Assembly: GCA_037033105.1 (NCBI GenBank)
Contig: JAZBLF010000008.1
Location: forward strand, 93,192 to 157,191
Direction: 5' to 3'
Length of the DNA: 64,000 nt
Origin: Bacteroidota bacterium
GTDB lineage: Bacteria; Bacteroidota; Bacteroidia; Flavobacteriales; Weeksellaceae
Both the position numbers and the translations under genes were made by a program. Below are positions 18,718 through 30,070 of this stretch, in pieces. A model generated the notes under the pieces. That model worked only from the letters and a program-made list of their open reading frames with translations, was not told the DNA's origin and did not search any database. How positions within the stretch are numbered: position 1 is the stretch's first letter; each line of letters starts with the position of its first letter.

Positions 18718-19194
18718 ATGGATATAAAAGACATTCAGAATCTTGTAAGATTTGTAGCAAAAGCAGGAGTTTCCGAAGTGAAATATAAAAATAAAGACTT
18801 CGAAATCTACATCAAAACACCACTTGGAGGCGAGCCTGTAAGCTATGTAACACCACAGGTTTCTTATCAGACTCCTTTTTCTGCACCAGCTGCAAGTCCA
18901 GTTTCTGCTTCTAACGATAATTCTGAAGCAGCAAATGCTTCTGATGACAGCAAATATATTACGATCAAATCTCCAATGATCGGAACTTTCTACAGAAAAC
19001 CTTCTCCGGATAAAGAAGTTTTCGCAAACGTAGGCGATTCTGTAACAGAAGGGAAAGTTGTTTGTGTGATAGAAGCGATGAAGCTTTTCAACCAGATAGA
19101 ATCAGAAGTTAGCGGAAAAATCGTGAAGATTTTGGTAGAAGACGCTTCTCCTGTAGAATACGATCAACCATTATTTTTAGTAGATCCTTCTTAA
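18718..19194 (+). CDS. accB: Acetyl-CoA carboxylase biotin carboxyl carrier protein
   Basis: SPMIGTFY and EAMKLFN biotinylation motif. Confidence 0.96.
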   Translation: MDIKDIQNLVRFVAKAGVSEVKYKNKDFEIYIKTPLGGEPVSYVTPQVSYQTPFSAPAASPVSASNDNSEAANASDDSKYITIKSPMIGTFYRKPSPDKEVFANVGDSVTEGKVVCVIEAMKLFNQIESEVSGKIVKILVEDASPVEYDQPLFLVDPS

Positions 19195-19291
19195 GGGAAT
19201 TTTAGATGAAAGATTATAAATTTTAAATGAAAATCGATTCGTTTAAAATTAATTTAAAATTCAAAATTTAAAATTTAAAATTTCTAAAAAG

Positions 19292-20650
19292 ATGTTCAAA
19301 AAAATATTGATCGCAAACCGTGGCGAGATCGCAATGCGAATTTTGCGTACGGCTAAGGAAATGGGAATCAAAACGGTAGCTGTGTATTCAACTGCTGACA
19401 AAGACAGTCTTCACGTTCGTTTTGCGGACGAGGCTGTTTGCATTGGTCCGCCAATGAGCAAAGATTCTTACCTTAAAATCCCAAATATCATCGCCGCTGC
19501 AGAGATCACCAATGCAGACGCAATCCATCCGGGTTACGGTTTCCTTTCAGAGAATGCTAACTTCTCCAGAATATGTGCTAAAAACGGCATCAAATTCATT
19601 GGAGCAACGCCTGAACAAATCGAAAAAATGGGCGACAAAGCTACGGCTAAAGCGACTATGAAAGCAGCTGGAATCCCTTGTGTTCCCGGTTCCGAAGGTT
19701 TGATCGATTCTTATGAAGATGCAAAGAAAACTGCCAAAGAAACAGGCTATCCTGTAATGATCAAAGCTACTGCCGGTGGTGGTGGAAAAGGAATGAGAGC
19801 CGTTTGGAGAGAAGAAGATCTTAAAGAACATTGGGATTCTGCAATCCAGGAAGCTGTTGCAGCTTTTGGAAACGGCGGAATGTACATGGAAAAACTGATT
19901 GAAGAGCCTAGACATATCGAGATTCAGGTTGCTGGAGATCAATTTGGTAAAGCTTGTCACCTTTCCGAAAGAGACTGTTCTATCCAGAGAAGAAATCAGA
20001 AACTAATTGAGGAAACACCTTCTCCATTTATGACAGATGATCTTCGTGAAAGAATGGGTGCTGCAGCTGTAAAAGCGGCAGAATATATTTCTTACGAAGG
20101 CGTTGGAACTATCGAGTTTTTGGTAGACAAACATAGGAATTTCTACTTCATGGAAATGAATACAAGAATCCAGGTGGAACATCCGATTACGGAGCAGGTT
20201 GTTGATTTTGACCTGATTCGTGAGCAGATTTTACTAGCTGCCGGAACGCCGATCAGCGGTATTAATTATTATCCAAAAAGACATTCTATCGAGTGTAGAA
20301 TCAATGCTGAGGATCCTTATGCTGATTTCCGACCGTCTCCGGGCAAAATCACAGAACTTAATATTCCTGGCGGAAACGGCGTGAGAGTTGACACACACGT
20401 CTATTCAGGTTATACAATTCCATCCAACTACGATTCTATGATTGCAAAACTGATCGTTACGGCTCAGACAAGAGACGAGGCGATTGCAAAAATGAAACGT
20501 GCTTTGGAAGAATTCTACATCGAAGGTGTGAAAACTACCATTCCTTTCCACAGACAACTTTTGGAAAATGAAGATTTCCTCGCTGGAAATTACACGACCA
20601 AGTTTATGGAAGACTTTGTCATGGACAGAAGTTTTGATAATCATATCTAG
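19292..20650 (+). CDS. accC: Biotin carboxylase
   Basis: [42 protein letters not shown]. Confidence 0.97.
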   Translation: MFKKILIANRGEIAMRILRTAKEMGIKTVAVYSTADKDSLHVRFADEAVCIGPPMSKDSYLKIPNIIAAAEITNADAIHPGYGFLSENANFSRICAKNGIKFIGATPEQIEKMGDKATAKATMKAAGIPCVPGSEGLIDSYEDAKKTAKETGYPVMIKATAGGGGKGMRAVWREEDLKEHWDSAIQEAVAAFGNGGMYMEKLIEEPRHIEIQVAGDQFGKACHLSERDCSIQRRNQKLIEETPSPFMTDDLRERMGAAAVKAAEYISYEGVGTIEFLVDKHRNFYFMEMNTRIQVEHPITEQVVDFDLIREQILLAAGTPISGINYYPKRHSIECRINAEDPYADFRPSPGKITELNIPGGNGVRVDTHVYSGYTIPSNYDSMIAKLIVTAQTRDEAIAKMKRALEEFYIEGVKTTIPFHRQLLENEDFLAGNYTTKFMEDFVMDRSFDNHI

Positions 20651-20672
20651 AAATTTACATTAATAAAGATAT

Positions 20673-20703
20673 AAATGCCTGACTTTAAAAGTTAGGCATT
20701 TTT
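20673..20703 (+). terminator. Intrinsic terminator after accC
   Basis: AATGCCTGAC/GTTAGGCATT stem with a T-tract. Confidence 0.75.
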
Positions 20704-20752
20704 ATTAGTTATGATTGATTTCAAATTTATTATTTTTACAAAAATTAAAAAT

Positions 20753-21997
20753 ATGTCAACAGCAGTTCAGGAAAAAAACTCACAATATTTCATCGACCTC
20801 GAAAATCAATATGGTGCGCATAATTACCATCCGCTTCCAGTAGTTTTGGATAAAGGTGAAGGCGTTTTTGTATGGGATGTTGAAGGTAAGAAATATTACG
20901 ACTTTCTTTCCGCTTATTCTGCTGTCAATCAAGGCCATTCCCATCCAAAAATTGTTGACGCGTTGGTAAGTCAGGCTAAAAAATTAGCATTGACATCACG
21001 GGCTTTTTACAATGCAAATCTTGGAGAATATGAGAAAAAGATCACCACACTTTTTGGTTTTGATAAAGTTCTTCCCATGAATTCCGGTGCCGAAGCTGTA
21101 GAAACGGCTGTAAAACTGGCGAGAAAATGGAGCTACGAAATTAAAGGAATTGCCGAAAATGCTGCAAAAATCGTGGTTTGTGAAAACAACTTCCACGGCA
21201 GAACGACAACGATAGTTTCATTCTCAAACGATCCGGACGCCAATCAGAATTACGGACCATTCACACCAGGATTTGTGAAGATTCCGTACAACGACCTTAA
21301 TGCTTTGGAGGAAACTTTCAAAAATGACGCACAGAATATTGCCGCATTTTTAGTGGAGCCAATACAAGGTGAAGCTGGCGTCTACGTCCCAGACGACAAT
21401 TATTTAAAAAGCGCTTCGGAACTTTGTAAAAAATATAACGTTCTTTTTATCGCCGACGAAGTACAAACCGGGATTGCAAGAACCGGAAGATTGATCGCTT
21501 GTCATCACGAAAATGTTCAGCCCGATATTTTAATCCTCGGAAAAGCACTTTCCGGCGGAATGTATCCCGTTTCGGCAGTGTTGGCGAATGATGAAATTAT
21601 GAATGTCATCAAACCGGGACAGCACGGTTCTACTTTTGGCGGAAATCCAATTGCCTGCGCGGTCGCAATTGCTGCTCTGGATGTCGTTGCAGAGGAAAAT
21701 CTATCTGAAAGAGCTGAGGAACTAGGACAGCTTTTCCGTTCAGAAATAGAAAAAGTTATTGAGAAGACAGATTTAATAACAAAGGTTCGCGGTAAAGGTT
21801 TATTAAATGCGATCTTAATCAACGATTCTCCAGATAGCAAAACTGCCTGGAATCTTTGTTTAAAACTTAAAGAAAACGGACTGCTTGCGAAGCCGACACA
21901 CGGCAATATCATCAGACTGGCGCCACCTTTGGTGATTACTGAGGAACAATTGCTGGAATGTGTTGCGATTATAGAGAAAACTATTTTGGAATACTAA
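20753..21997 (+). CDS. rocD: Ornithine--oxo-acid aminotransferase
   Basis: [42 protein letters not shown]; start taken at MSTAVQ. Confidence 0.95.
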   Translation: MSTAVQEKNSQYFIDLENQYGAHNYHPLPVVLDKGEGVFVWDVEGKKYYDFLSAYSAVNQGHSHPKIVDALVSQAKKLALTSRAFYNANLGEYEKKITTLFGFDKVLPMNSGAEAVETAVKLARKWSYEIKGIAENAAKIVVCENNFHGRTTTIVSFSNDPDANQNYGPFTPGFVKIPYNDLNALEETFKNDAQNIAAFLVEPIQGEAGVYVPDDNYLKSASELCKKYNVLFIADEVQTGIARTGRLIACHHENVQPDILILGKALSGGMYPVSAVLANDEIMNVIKPGQHGSTFGGNPIACAVAIAALDVVAEENLSERAEELGQLFRSEIEKVIEKTDLITKVRGKGLLNAILINDSPDSKTAWNLCLKLKENGLLAKPTHGNIIRLAPPLVITEEQLLECVAIIEKTILEY

Positions 21998-22008
21998 GGT
22001 ATGACGCA

Positions 22009-22761
22009 ATGCAGGAAGCCAAAGAGAAAGTAAGCGGACTAATCATTACTTTTAATGAAGAAAAAAACATTCGGGAAGTTCTCGGGTGTTTTGACTTTTG
22101 TGATGAAATTATCATCGTAGATTCTTTCAGCACCGATAAAACCGTAGAAATTGCTGGCGAATTTCCAAACGTGAAAATTATTCAGAATAGATTTGAAGAT
22201 TATACCAAACAGAGAAATCTGGCTTTGTCTTATGCAAAAAATGACTGGGTTTTATTCCTCGATGGCGATGAAAGAACCACGCCGGAACTGGAAAAAGAAA
22301 TCATCAACACGGTAAGAGATGCTGAAGCAAAAGATGCATATTTTTTTTACAGGACGTTCTTTGTGGGAAAGAAAAAAATAAATTTTTCAGGAACTCAGAA
22401 TGATAAAAATTTCCGTTTGTTCAGAAAATCGAAAGCCTCTTATTCCGAAAATATGAAAGTACACGAAACATTGGTTGTCAACGGACGTATTGGGATTTTA
22501 AAAAACAGACTGCTCCACTACTCTTTTGAAAACTATGAACATTTCGAAAAAAAAATGATTTCTTACGGAAAGTTGAAAGGCGAGGAACTCCGATTGCAGG
22601 GAAAAAAATATTCAGCAATCGTGCAATGGAGCAAAGTTATTTTTAAATTCTTCAAAACCTACTTTCTAAAGCTGGGAATCCTGGATGGAATCAATGGTCT
22701 GAGAATTAGCTATCTTCAGAGTCTGTATGTCTATGAAACTTACCGAACTCTGAAGAATTAA
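22009..22761 (+). CDS. GT2 glycosyltransferase (WaaE/KdtX-like LPS)
   Basis: IITFNEE, VDSFSTD, QRN.AL, LDGDE, RLFRK, VHE; ATG start at 22009. Confidence 0.88.
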   Translation: MQEAKEKVSGLIITFNEEKNIREVLGCFDFCDEIIIVDSFSTDKTVEIAGEFPNVKIIQNRFEDYTKQRNLALSYAKNDWVLFLDGDERTTPELEKEIINTVRDAEAKDAYFFYRTFFVGKKKINFSGTQNDKNFRLFRKSKASYSENMKVHETLVVNGRIGILKNRLLHYSFENYEHFEKKMISYGKLKGEELRLQGKKYSAIVQWSKVIFKFFKTYFLKLGILDGINGLRISYLQSLYVYETYRTLKN

Positions 22762-22805
22762 GATAGTATTGTCGCCGGAGTTAGTACTTTATTAGTCAAA
22801 AATAT

Positions 22806-23675
22806 CTATTTATTGATGTAAAGCGGCCTTTTGTTTTTATAAAATTGATCAACGAAATTTCTAAGCTTTCTTTGCGTACTCGATTCCTTTACCCAAACAG
22901 GAATCTGAGTAAGATCCATCGCCTTCACTTTTGCAATAATCTTGTCTAAAGAATAATTTTTCATAAAAACTTCCTTTAAAAAAAGGCTGATCACTATATT
23001 CCATTGTGTTTTGTTGCCCCAATAATGTCCGACAAATGCATCTGCAGGCTGCAATACGGCATAATTATTTAATCCCAGAGAGAAAGCAAATTGTTCTATA
23101 AGCCGCCTTGTGACGCCATCTGCGCACATTGCATCATTAATGGCCAGAGTCAGTTCCAGACAATCAAGATGCTTATGCGAAATGCCAATGAGGCCTGCAT
23201 TCCACATCTTTGAATTATGATCGATGGTGATACTGTCGTAAGTTTTACCTTTCATCTGTTTCCACATCAGCTTTTCAGTTTTTGAAGATAGCGCAGAGAG
23301 CTTCCCTTCTTCGAGATGCATATAATTTTGTCCATTTTTCATCCCATCACGCAAAGGATCGGCACTCTGATAAAAGAAAGTATCGCCATCTAGGTACAGT
23401 ATTGAGTCCGAAGGATATTTCTGGGCAACCAGTTGAAGGGCCTTAATTTTTACCCTCCAGAAAAAATGATGCTGGCCTTCCCATTCTACGATGATCTCGC
23501 GATTGATTGGGATTATTTCTATTTTGCCCTGGAAAGAATGAAATAATTCGGGGTCTTCTGCCACAATGATAATTCTGTCACTATCATTTTTATGAGCCAG
23601 AGCTGTATATACTGAAAAGTATACTTGCTGATAATGGTCTATACTACTGCCAAATACTAGATATACGATATTCAT
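22806..23675 (-). CDS. Hypothetical protein, probable GT-A fold glycosyltransferase
   Basis: YLDGDT (DxD), WNAGLIG, EQFAFS and HYW motifs; located in the GT cluster. Confidence 0.55.
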   Translation of the reverse strand: MNIVYLVFGSSIDHYQQVYFSVYTALAHKNDSDRIIIVAEDPELFHSFQGKIEIIPINREIIVEWEGQHHFFWRVKIKALQLVAQKYPSDSILYLDGDTFFYQSADPLRDGMKNGQNYMHLEEGKLSALSSKTEKLMWKQMKGKTYDSITIDHNSKMWNAGLIGISHKHLDCLELTLAINDAMCADGVTRRLIEQFAFSLGLNNYAVLQPADAFVGHYWGNKTQWNIVISLFLKEVFMKNYSLDKIIAKVKAMDLTQIPVWVKESSTQRKLRNFVDQFYKNKRPLYINK

Positions 23676-23908
23676 ATTATAAAATTTCCTTTTGAAATAA
23701 TTTTTAGCTCACAATAAATGCTGTGCTTTTCCGGTTAAATTTAGGACAAGCCTTAAGTCTGCACTTTTTTTCGCTTGATATATTTTTATTAAATTGCATC
23801 ATAAATTATCTAATATCATCGCACGCTGTAAAGTCCTGTTTTTTTGTAAAAAAGATAAAGAAACGATTTTTTTTTCAAATATAAATTCTTCGTATCCAAA
23901 GAAATCAA

Positions 23909-24877
23909 ATGAATAATAATCCACTGATAAGCCTTATAATCCCCTGCTATAACGCTGAAGGGTCGCTACAAAGGTGTCTGGATTCTGTTATTCAGCAGAC
24001 TTACAGCAACTTGGAAATCATTATTGTAGATGACGGTTCTACTGACGGCACTGAGAAAATATATCAGACATTTCTAAATAAAGACCAGCGCATAAAAGTC
24101 CTTAAGCAGGACAATGCAGGTGTGTCGAGAGCCAGAAATCAAGGCACCAAATCTGCGACCGGAGAATACATTTGTTTTGTAGATGCGGACGACTGGGTGG
24201 AAGCAAATTACTGCTTTGAACTTCACCATTTACTTACCAGTGAAAATGCTGATATTGCCATTGTAGAAGCGGCTTACGAAGACGAAAATGGAACGGTAGT
24301 TTTTAAAAAAGCTATTTCTGATGAGAAAATACTGGACGGCAAAAGAGCATTAGCACTTCTACTGGAAGATGACATCATCCAAAGCCATCCGTGGGGGAAA
24401 CTGTATAAAAGCTCTTTGTTTAAAAATGTAGATTTCCCGGTCAACCTGAAGTGTTTTGAAGACTACTCAACGCTTTTCAAGATTTTTGACAAGGCAGTAA
24501 AGGTAGTAAAGTCCAACAAAGCGTTATACCACTACATTCAGCACGACAACAGTCTTTCTCACGATCTATCTCCGAAAACTTCATATTACTTCTATATGGC
24601 AATTATGGAGGTTTTCACATTCTGGCAATGCAAGACGGATATCAAAAAGAAAGGGGAAATCGCAAAAAATATTATCAAAAAACTACTGATGGTGCTCAAG
24701 CGTATTCTCCGCAATACTTCGAAAGACGAAATGCTGACCGAAAAGGAAAACATCCGGCAATCCTTTGCGCCACTTCTTGAATATTCTGCGAAGGATATTG
24801 GTCTGGAATATTATTTTTATGTCAGGCTATATTATTATTACCCAACGATTTATGCGAAATTAATTTCCAAAAAATAA
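23909..24877 (+). CDS. GT2 glycosyltransferase (EpsH/EpsJ-like)
   Basis: ISLIIPCYN, VDDGSTD, GVSRARN, FVDADD, WGKLYK, EDY. Confidence 0.9.
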   Translation: MNNNPLISLIIPCYNAEGSLQRCLDSVIQQTYSNLEIIIVDDGSTDGTEKIYQTFLNKDQRIKVLKQDNAGVSRARNQGTKSATGEYICFVDADDWVEANYCFELHHLLTSENADIAIVEAAYEDENGTVVFKKAISDEKILDGKRALALLLEDDIIQSHPWGKLYKSSLFKNVDFPVNLKCFEDYSTLFKIFDKAVKVVKSNKALYHYIQHDNSLSHDLSPKTSYYFYMAIMEVFTFWQCKTDIKKKGEIAKNIIKKLLMVLKRILRNTSKDEMLTEKENIRQSFAPLLEYSAKDIGLEYYFYVRLYYYYPTIYAKLISKK

Positions 24878-24966
24878 TTTCGTTTTTTGAGTAATATGAC
24901 ATTGATGATTATTAAGAAAAGAACGTTATTCTTTTATTATCCTCATTGACATTTTAACTAAGACAA

Positions 24967-25797
24967 TTATTTCTTGGCTGAACTTTTAGTTGATTTTGGC
25001 AGAATAAGGAGGAATAAGTTAATTATCCCTTTAAAAATACGCCACGCACCGGGATAATTTTTAATATATAAAACCTGTTTGATTCTTTTTGCACGGGCTT
25101 CTTTCGTTATCTCGGCGTCATCTATGAATGCCGGAAAATATTTTCTGAGTGTAGTCTCTCTTTCCTGAATATATATGGGTAAATTTTCTACTTGTGCCGA
25201 AAAACCTGAGTAGTCATAGTAACAGATTACTTCCTTTAAATGCTTGAACGTAACATTGTGAAGACAGACGGTGACAATGAAAAACTCCCAATCTGCACAA
25301 ATTTTGTAGTCTTCATTATAGTACATATAATCACTGAATAAAGATCTTTTGGTAAAAACAGCCTGATGGTTGAGCTCGCCATCATAAAAGAAACCAAAAG
25401 TCAGTTTTTCAGGCGCTTTGATCACTTTTTTATAACCTTTCTGATTAAAAAAAACGGAATCACCATATAAAATATCAATATTGGAATCTAGCTGATCTTT
25501 CACTTTTTCCAGAACAAACTCATTATAAAAGTAATCGCCGCTGTTCATAAATATGATATAATCGCCGTTTGCTTTCTTAATTCCTTTGTTCATTCCATTG
25601 TAAACACCAGAATCTTTCTCAGAAACCCAGTAATCTATCTGATCGTTCTGCTCAATCAAGGCTTTACCGCCATCGGTGCTGCCGCCGTCAATCACAATAA
25701 ACTCAAACTCATTCCAGGTCTGCGCACGGACGGATTCAAAGGTCTTGATAAGTCCTTCCTTATTGTTATAGTTGATTGTTAATACTGTTAATTTCAT
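24967..25797 (-). CDS. GT2 glycosyltransferase (WcaE-like)
   Basis: IDGGSTDG, SEKDSGVYNGMNKG, MNSGD, HQA, ADWEF. Confidence 0.9.
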   Translation of the reverse strand: MKLTVLTINYNNKEGLIKTFESVRAQTWNEFEFIVIDGGSTDGGKALIEQNDQIDYWVSEKDSGVYNGMNKGIKKANGDYIIFMNSGDYFYNEFVLEKVKDQLDSNIDILYGDSVFFNQKGYKKVIKAPEKLTFGFFYDGELNHQAVFTKRSLFSDYMYYNEDYKICADWEFFIVTVCLHNVTFKHLKEVICYYDYSGFSAQVENLPIYIQERETTLRKYFPAFIDDAEITKEARAKRIKQVLYIKNYPGAWRIFKGIINLFLLILPKSTKSSAKK

Positions 25798-26927
25798 TTT
25801 CTTTTATCTTCTACCGCTTGTTTATAAACTTCCAAGCATTGTTCCGCTGCCACTTTCCAGTCAAATTTCCTGACCCGCTCTAGTCCTCTTGCTGAGAATT
25901 TGCTTCTTAAGTGCTCATCATCCAATAACATTGCGATTTTTTCTCTCAGATCATTTTCTGACATACTATCAAAATATATACCTGCGTCTCCTGCAACTTC
26001 CGGAAACGACCCACTATCAGACAGGATTATCGGACAGCCACAAGCCATAGATTCCAAAACCGGTATTCCGAAGCCTTCATATTGAGAAGGAAATACAAAA
26101 AAAGTTGCATTTTTATAGAAATGGCCCAGTTCACTCTCCTCAAAAGACTTTTGCGTAATTTGCTGACTCAATCCTCTTTCGGCAATATAGTTGATTTCTT
26201 CAGCGGTCAATTCTCCACCTCCTGCGGCTAATAAAACTAACGACGGATTGTCTTTCAAGATCGGATCTATTGCATCTACCAACAATTTGAAATTTTTATA
26301 ACCGGCTCTAGACCCTACATACAAGATATAATTCTTCGGTAAATTGACTTTGACCTCGTCATTGATGGTGACAGAACTGCCGTGGTAAATAACGTGAACT
26401 TTATCCGGATCAATATCCGGAAATAGGGATAAAATATCTTTTTTCGTATTATGAGAAACAGCGATAATACGGGTGGCTTTATAAATCAGTTTTTTTTTAT
26501 ACTCTGTTACGCGATAAGGGTCATCAGAAAAATATTGTGGAAACAACTCGTGGATCATATCATAGACCGTAAGTACAAAAGGCTTGGAATCAATTTTATC
26601 TAAAAAATAAGGATTGTAATATGTTGGTATAAACAGGTCGTAAGCTTGTTCTTCAAAATATTTATTGAGCAGTTTATCAGATCTTTTCTTTCTCAGTGTC
26701 CTTGTACTGATTTTTAGTGTTGACAATAAATTATACAAATAATTGAACCATTTGTTATCTGTAAGCAGCTCTGATTTGCTAATGTAAGCATTGTCGGATT
26801 TAAGGATTGGCAATATAATCTCTACATTTTTCTTTTTTTCGAGTATCGAAAATATTTCAGCATAATATCTCGAGATGCCTCCGTAGGTTTGCTGATTGAA
26901 AATTTGTGGATCTAACAGTATTTTCAT
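25794..26927 (-). CDS. GT4 glycosyltransferase
   Basis: GGISRY, TVYDMIHE, YVGSRAGYKNF, EGFGIPVLESM; start taken at MKILLDPQ. Confidence 0.9.
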   Translation of the reverse strand: MKILLDPQIFNQQTYGGISRYYAEIFSILEKKKNVEIILPILKSDNAYISKSELLTDNKWFNYLYNLLSTLKISTRTLRKKRSDKLLNKYFEEQAYDLFIPTYYNPYFLDKIDSKPFVLTVYDMIHELFPQYFSDDPYRVTEYKKKLIYKATRIIAVSHNTKKDILSLFPDIDPDKVHVIYHGSSVTINDEVKVNLPKNYILYVGSRAGYKNFKLLVDAIDPILKDNPSLVLLAAGGGELTAEEINYIAERGLSQQITQKSFEESELGHFYKNATFFVFPSQYEGFGIPVLESMACGCPIILSDSGSFPEVAGDAGIYFDSMSENDLREKIAMLLDDEHLRSKFSARGLERVRKFDWKVAAEQCLEVYKQAVEDKRK

Positions 26928-27002
26928 CTGAACTGAATCTTTAAAATTTGATATTTTAATTATCTGCAAAATTTAATATAATTGGATTTCAGCAAGGTTT
27001 TA

Positions 27003-28226
27003 TCAAGCTGAGCAAATCTTCTGATAAATTTCAACATGTTGTTGAACTGTCTTTTCCCAAGAAAACTTTTTAGCCTGCTCAATTGATTTTTGACTTAATT
27101 CGTTTCTGTAAATCTCATCACTGTAGAGCTTCCACATATTCGTCACGAGACCTTCCTCATCCTCAGGATTCAACAGTATACCTGCCTCTCCGATTACTTC
27201 TGGCAATGATGACACATTGGAAACAACGCTTGGCGTTCCGCATTGCATGGCCTCTAATGGCGGAAGTCCGAATCCTTCATAAAAAGACATATAATAAAAA
27301 GAATTTGCGTGGCTGTAAATACTTGCCAAATCTTCATCCGGAATGCGTCCTGTTATTATGATTCTATTCTGAAAGTCTTTGGCGTCATCATATTCGTTGA
27401 ATATTTTATCAAAATCCCAGCCTTTGTCACCCACCAAAACTAAGCAAAGATCATCAATTTTGTTTTCAATGATTGTTTTGATGAAACATCTTATGACGTG
27501 ATCTATATTCTTGCGCGGTTCCAAAGTGCTGACACTTAAAAAATACCTGTCAGGAATATGATATTTCGTCTGAATTTGTGCAAATTTTTCCTTGTCGTCG
27601 CATTTGTAAAATAACTCTGGAGAGGCTGCTAAAAAACTTACAAAAATTTTCTCTGGATCTAGATATGGTGCATAATTTATCAGGTCCTTTTTTGTGTTTT
27701 CTGACACACAGATAGCAAAATTATCCTCGCCAATGCTTCTGACTGTATTTTCTAGAAGCTCAGTATTGGAGTTGTATTGTGGGAACAGTACCGGAATCAA
27801 ATCATGGATGGTTACAATTTTTTTTATATCCGGATATTTTGCAAGGCTTTTGTGAATTGGATAGTACAAAGAATGGTAGATATTGGCCGTATCCATTTCT
27901 TTGTTATAGCTGATCTTATAATCCGATATCCGAAGCTTATTATATATTTTCCTGAAAAACTTCTCTTTTCGCAATGGTAGAAATCTGACTCTTTCACACC
28001 TGTTGGCTGGTTCTGTCACTATTTTATTTTCAGAAATGAAGGCCTGAACTTTTGAGTTCATTTTTTTATCATTGTTGAAATTAAAATTAGAATATAAAAC
28101 TTCTAAATCTTGTCTGGATGTAAGACGTCTGAAGATCTCGTAAGCAACTCTGTATACGCCTGTTTGATTGTTTTTATAAGAATTTCCTATCACTTCAAGA
28201 TCGTATATCACTTTTATTTTATTCAC
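27003..28226 (-). CDS. GT4 glycosyltransferase (mannosyltransferase-like)
   Basis: TGVYRV, TIHDLIP, TLEPRKN, EGFGLPPLEAM. Confidence 0.9.
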   Translation of the reverse strand: MNKIKVIYDLEVIGNSYKNNQTGVYRVAYEIFRRLTSRQDLEVLYSNFNFNNDKKMNSKVQAFISENKIVTEPANRCERVRFLPLRKEKFFRKIYNKLRISDYKISYNKEMDTANIYHSLYYPIHKSLAKYPDIKKIVTIHDLIPVLFPQYNSNTELLENTVRSIGEDNFAICVSENTKKDLINYAPYLDPEKIFVSFLAASPELFYKCDDKEKFAQIQTKYHIPDRYFLSVSTLEPRKNIDHVIRCFIKTIIENKIDDLCLVLVGDKGWDFDKIFNEYDDAKDFQNRIIITGRIPDEDLASIYSHANSFYYMSFYEGFGLPPLEAMQCGTPSVVSNVSSLPEVIGEAGILLNPEDEEGLVTNMWKLYSDEIYRNELSQKSIEQAKKFSWEKTVQQHVEIYQKICSA

Positions 28227-28255
28227 GATGATAAATACTTACGTTTTAAATTCTG

Positions 28256-28909
28256 TTATAAGGAGTCGTAGAACGCATTCTGACGTCTTTGCCTGTCTAT
28301 ACTTTTAATATGAACCAAGCAGTAATCTTCATTTTTGGAGGGCATTTTTTTAACTCTTTTGAAATTGACAAGTATTTCATGAATTTTATTCTGCCATCTG
28401 ATATTTTTCCCCAGCTTAAAGATTCTATTCTGATAATCTGGAAAGTTTACATACTGTTTTTCGTTTACATCCCAATTCCACGTTTTAATATCAGATTCTG
28501 TAATTCCCTCTACAATATTTATACGCGGAACAATAAAACAATCGTATTTAAAATTCTTCAAAAGAAAATATTTAAGATTTTCGATGAGTTTTTCTTGCGG
28601 ATATTCGTCAGCGTCGATTTGAAATAAATATTTTTTTGTAGCGTGCGAGATCAGATTGTTTTTAAAGGCGGAAAAATCCCCGTCTAATCTTGAAGTAATT
28701 CTAATGATTTTTGTCCCGTAAGAATTCAATATGGCTGTAACATCAGAATTTTCCTTCGTAACATCCTGCATCACAACAATTTCGTCCGTTTTATCAATGG
28801 AGGAGATCAGAATATCCAGAAGCTTTTTCACTTCCTCAGCTTCATTATTTACGGTAATACCATAAGTAATACTGGCTAAATTTAAAAAACTCAGAATTCT
28901 ATTCAGCAT
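28256..28909 (-). CDS. GT2-like glycosyltransferase
   Basis: QRN-like FKNNL, IDADE, PRIN, PDYQ.RIFK, IHE. Confidence 0.75.
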   Translation of the reverse strand: MLNRILSFLNLASITYGITVNNEAEEVKKLLDILISSIDKTDEIVVMQDVTKENSDVTAILNSYGTKIIRITSRLDGDFSAFKNNLISHATKKYLFQIDADEYPQEKLIENLKYFLLKNFKYDCFIVPRINIVEGITESDIKTWNWDVNEKQYVNFPDYQNRIFKLGKNIRWQNKIHEILVNFKRVKKMPSKNEDYCLVHIKSIDRQRRQNAFYDSL

Positions 28910-30065
28910 TTTTTATAAGTTTTTTTTCTGTTCTTATTCCCTCTTTTATAATAATAATTGGCTTGTAGTTTTTAAATATTTTATAGTACAGTTTTTTAAA
29001 ATATGGGATCTGTAATTGTTGGTTTTCAACACGATCAGACACTATTTCAGAAAGATTATTAAGAATAGTCATTGTCTTCACATTCATTTTACTTCCATCA
29101 ATATAGACAGTAACATCATGAGTTTTTTTCTCTGCTATGGGATGTATTTTTTCATTTAAATTGATCGCAGTGTTTGGCTGCTCTGTATTTATATAGGTTT
29201 TAAAATCAAAATCAGTATAAATTTTGGTGGCGAACGGCTCCAATTCTGAAAGCGTTTCTGACGTTCCATTTTCCAGAATCACTCCTATATCATATTTTGC
29301 TTTGCATTTTGAATAGTTCTGGAATCCCCATTTTCTGACAAAATTTCTCCGCGATATATTTTCAATGGTCAAAGACCTGTTTCTGAACTCTTCTGAAAAT
29401 CTGGATGTTTTACTTACAAAATGATAGGTAATGGCAGCTGTACATAAGAAAATTTTCTCCCCAGACAGTCTTAACCGTAGTATCAAATCGTCATCTTCAC
29501 AAAACATTGGAGAAAAAAGCGGATCCAAACCTCCGATATTTAATAAAATATCTTTTTTGCAGGCGAGAAAGAAACTGGCGGCATCTACGAATTGCCCTTC
29601 TTTTTGGTGGCTTATTTTCTCATAATCGTAAAAGCCTTTATAATCAAAATCTTCAAAGGAACTGCCAAAATCTTTTACTTCTTTCCAAAGTCGTTCGTCT
29701 TTTCCAAATATGGGTGGTTCTATTGTCTTGTAGTAAATGATATTATGTTTTTCTAAGAAAATAAGAATTTCTTCTAAAAACTTTTTCCCCAAAACCATAT
29801 CATTATGCAGAAAACAGACAAATTCTTTTGTCGAAATCTCGATGGCTTTATTATAAGTGTCAGATAATGTTTTATGATGATCTGAATAATAATATTTTAA
29901 ATTTTTATCTTGCAGTGAATCAAGCCATTGGTGGGTTCCATCTGTACTTCCAAAGCTCACAAAAACAATTTCTGTTTCGGGATATAACAAACGAGTATTC
30001 TCATAAAACTTCTGAGAATACTCTAAATTATTTTTTAATCCTATAAGAAAAGATAAATGGTTCAA
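28899..30065 (-). CDS. GT2 glycosyltransferase
   Basis: GSTDG, LHNDMV, EDDDL, YHFVSKTSR; overlaps the downstream gene by 11 nt. Confidence 0.85.
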   Translation of the reverse strand: MNHLSFLIGLKNNLEYSQKFYENTRLLYPETEIVFVSFGSTDGTHQWLDSLQDKNLKYYYSDHHKTLSDTYNKAIEISTKEFVCFLHNDMVLGKKFLEEILIFLEKHNIIYYKTIEPPIFGKDERLWKEVKDFGSSFEDFDYKGFYDYEKISHQKEGQFVDAASFFLACKKDILLNIGGLDPLFSPMFCEDDDLILRLRLSGEKIFLCTAAITYHFVSKTSRFSEEFRNRSLTIENISRRNFVRKWGFQNYSKCKAKYDIGVILENGTSETLSELEPFATKIYTDFDFKTYINTEQPNTAINLNEKIHPIAEKKTHDVTVYIDGSKMNVKTMTILNNLSEIVSDRVENQQLQIPYFKKLYYKIFKNYKPIIIIKEGIRTEKKLIKNAE

Positions 30066-30070
30066 TCCTG

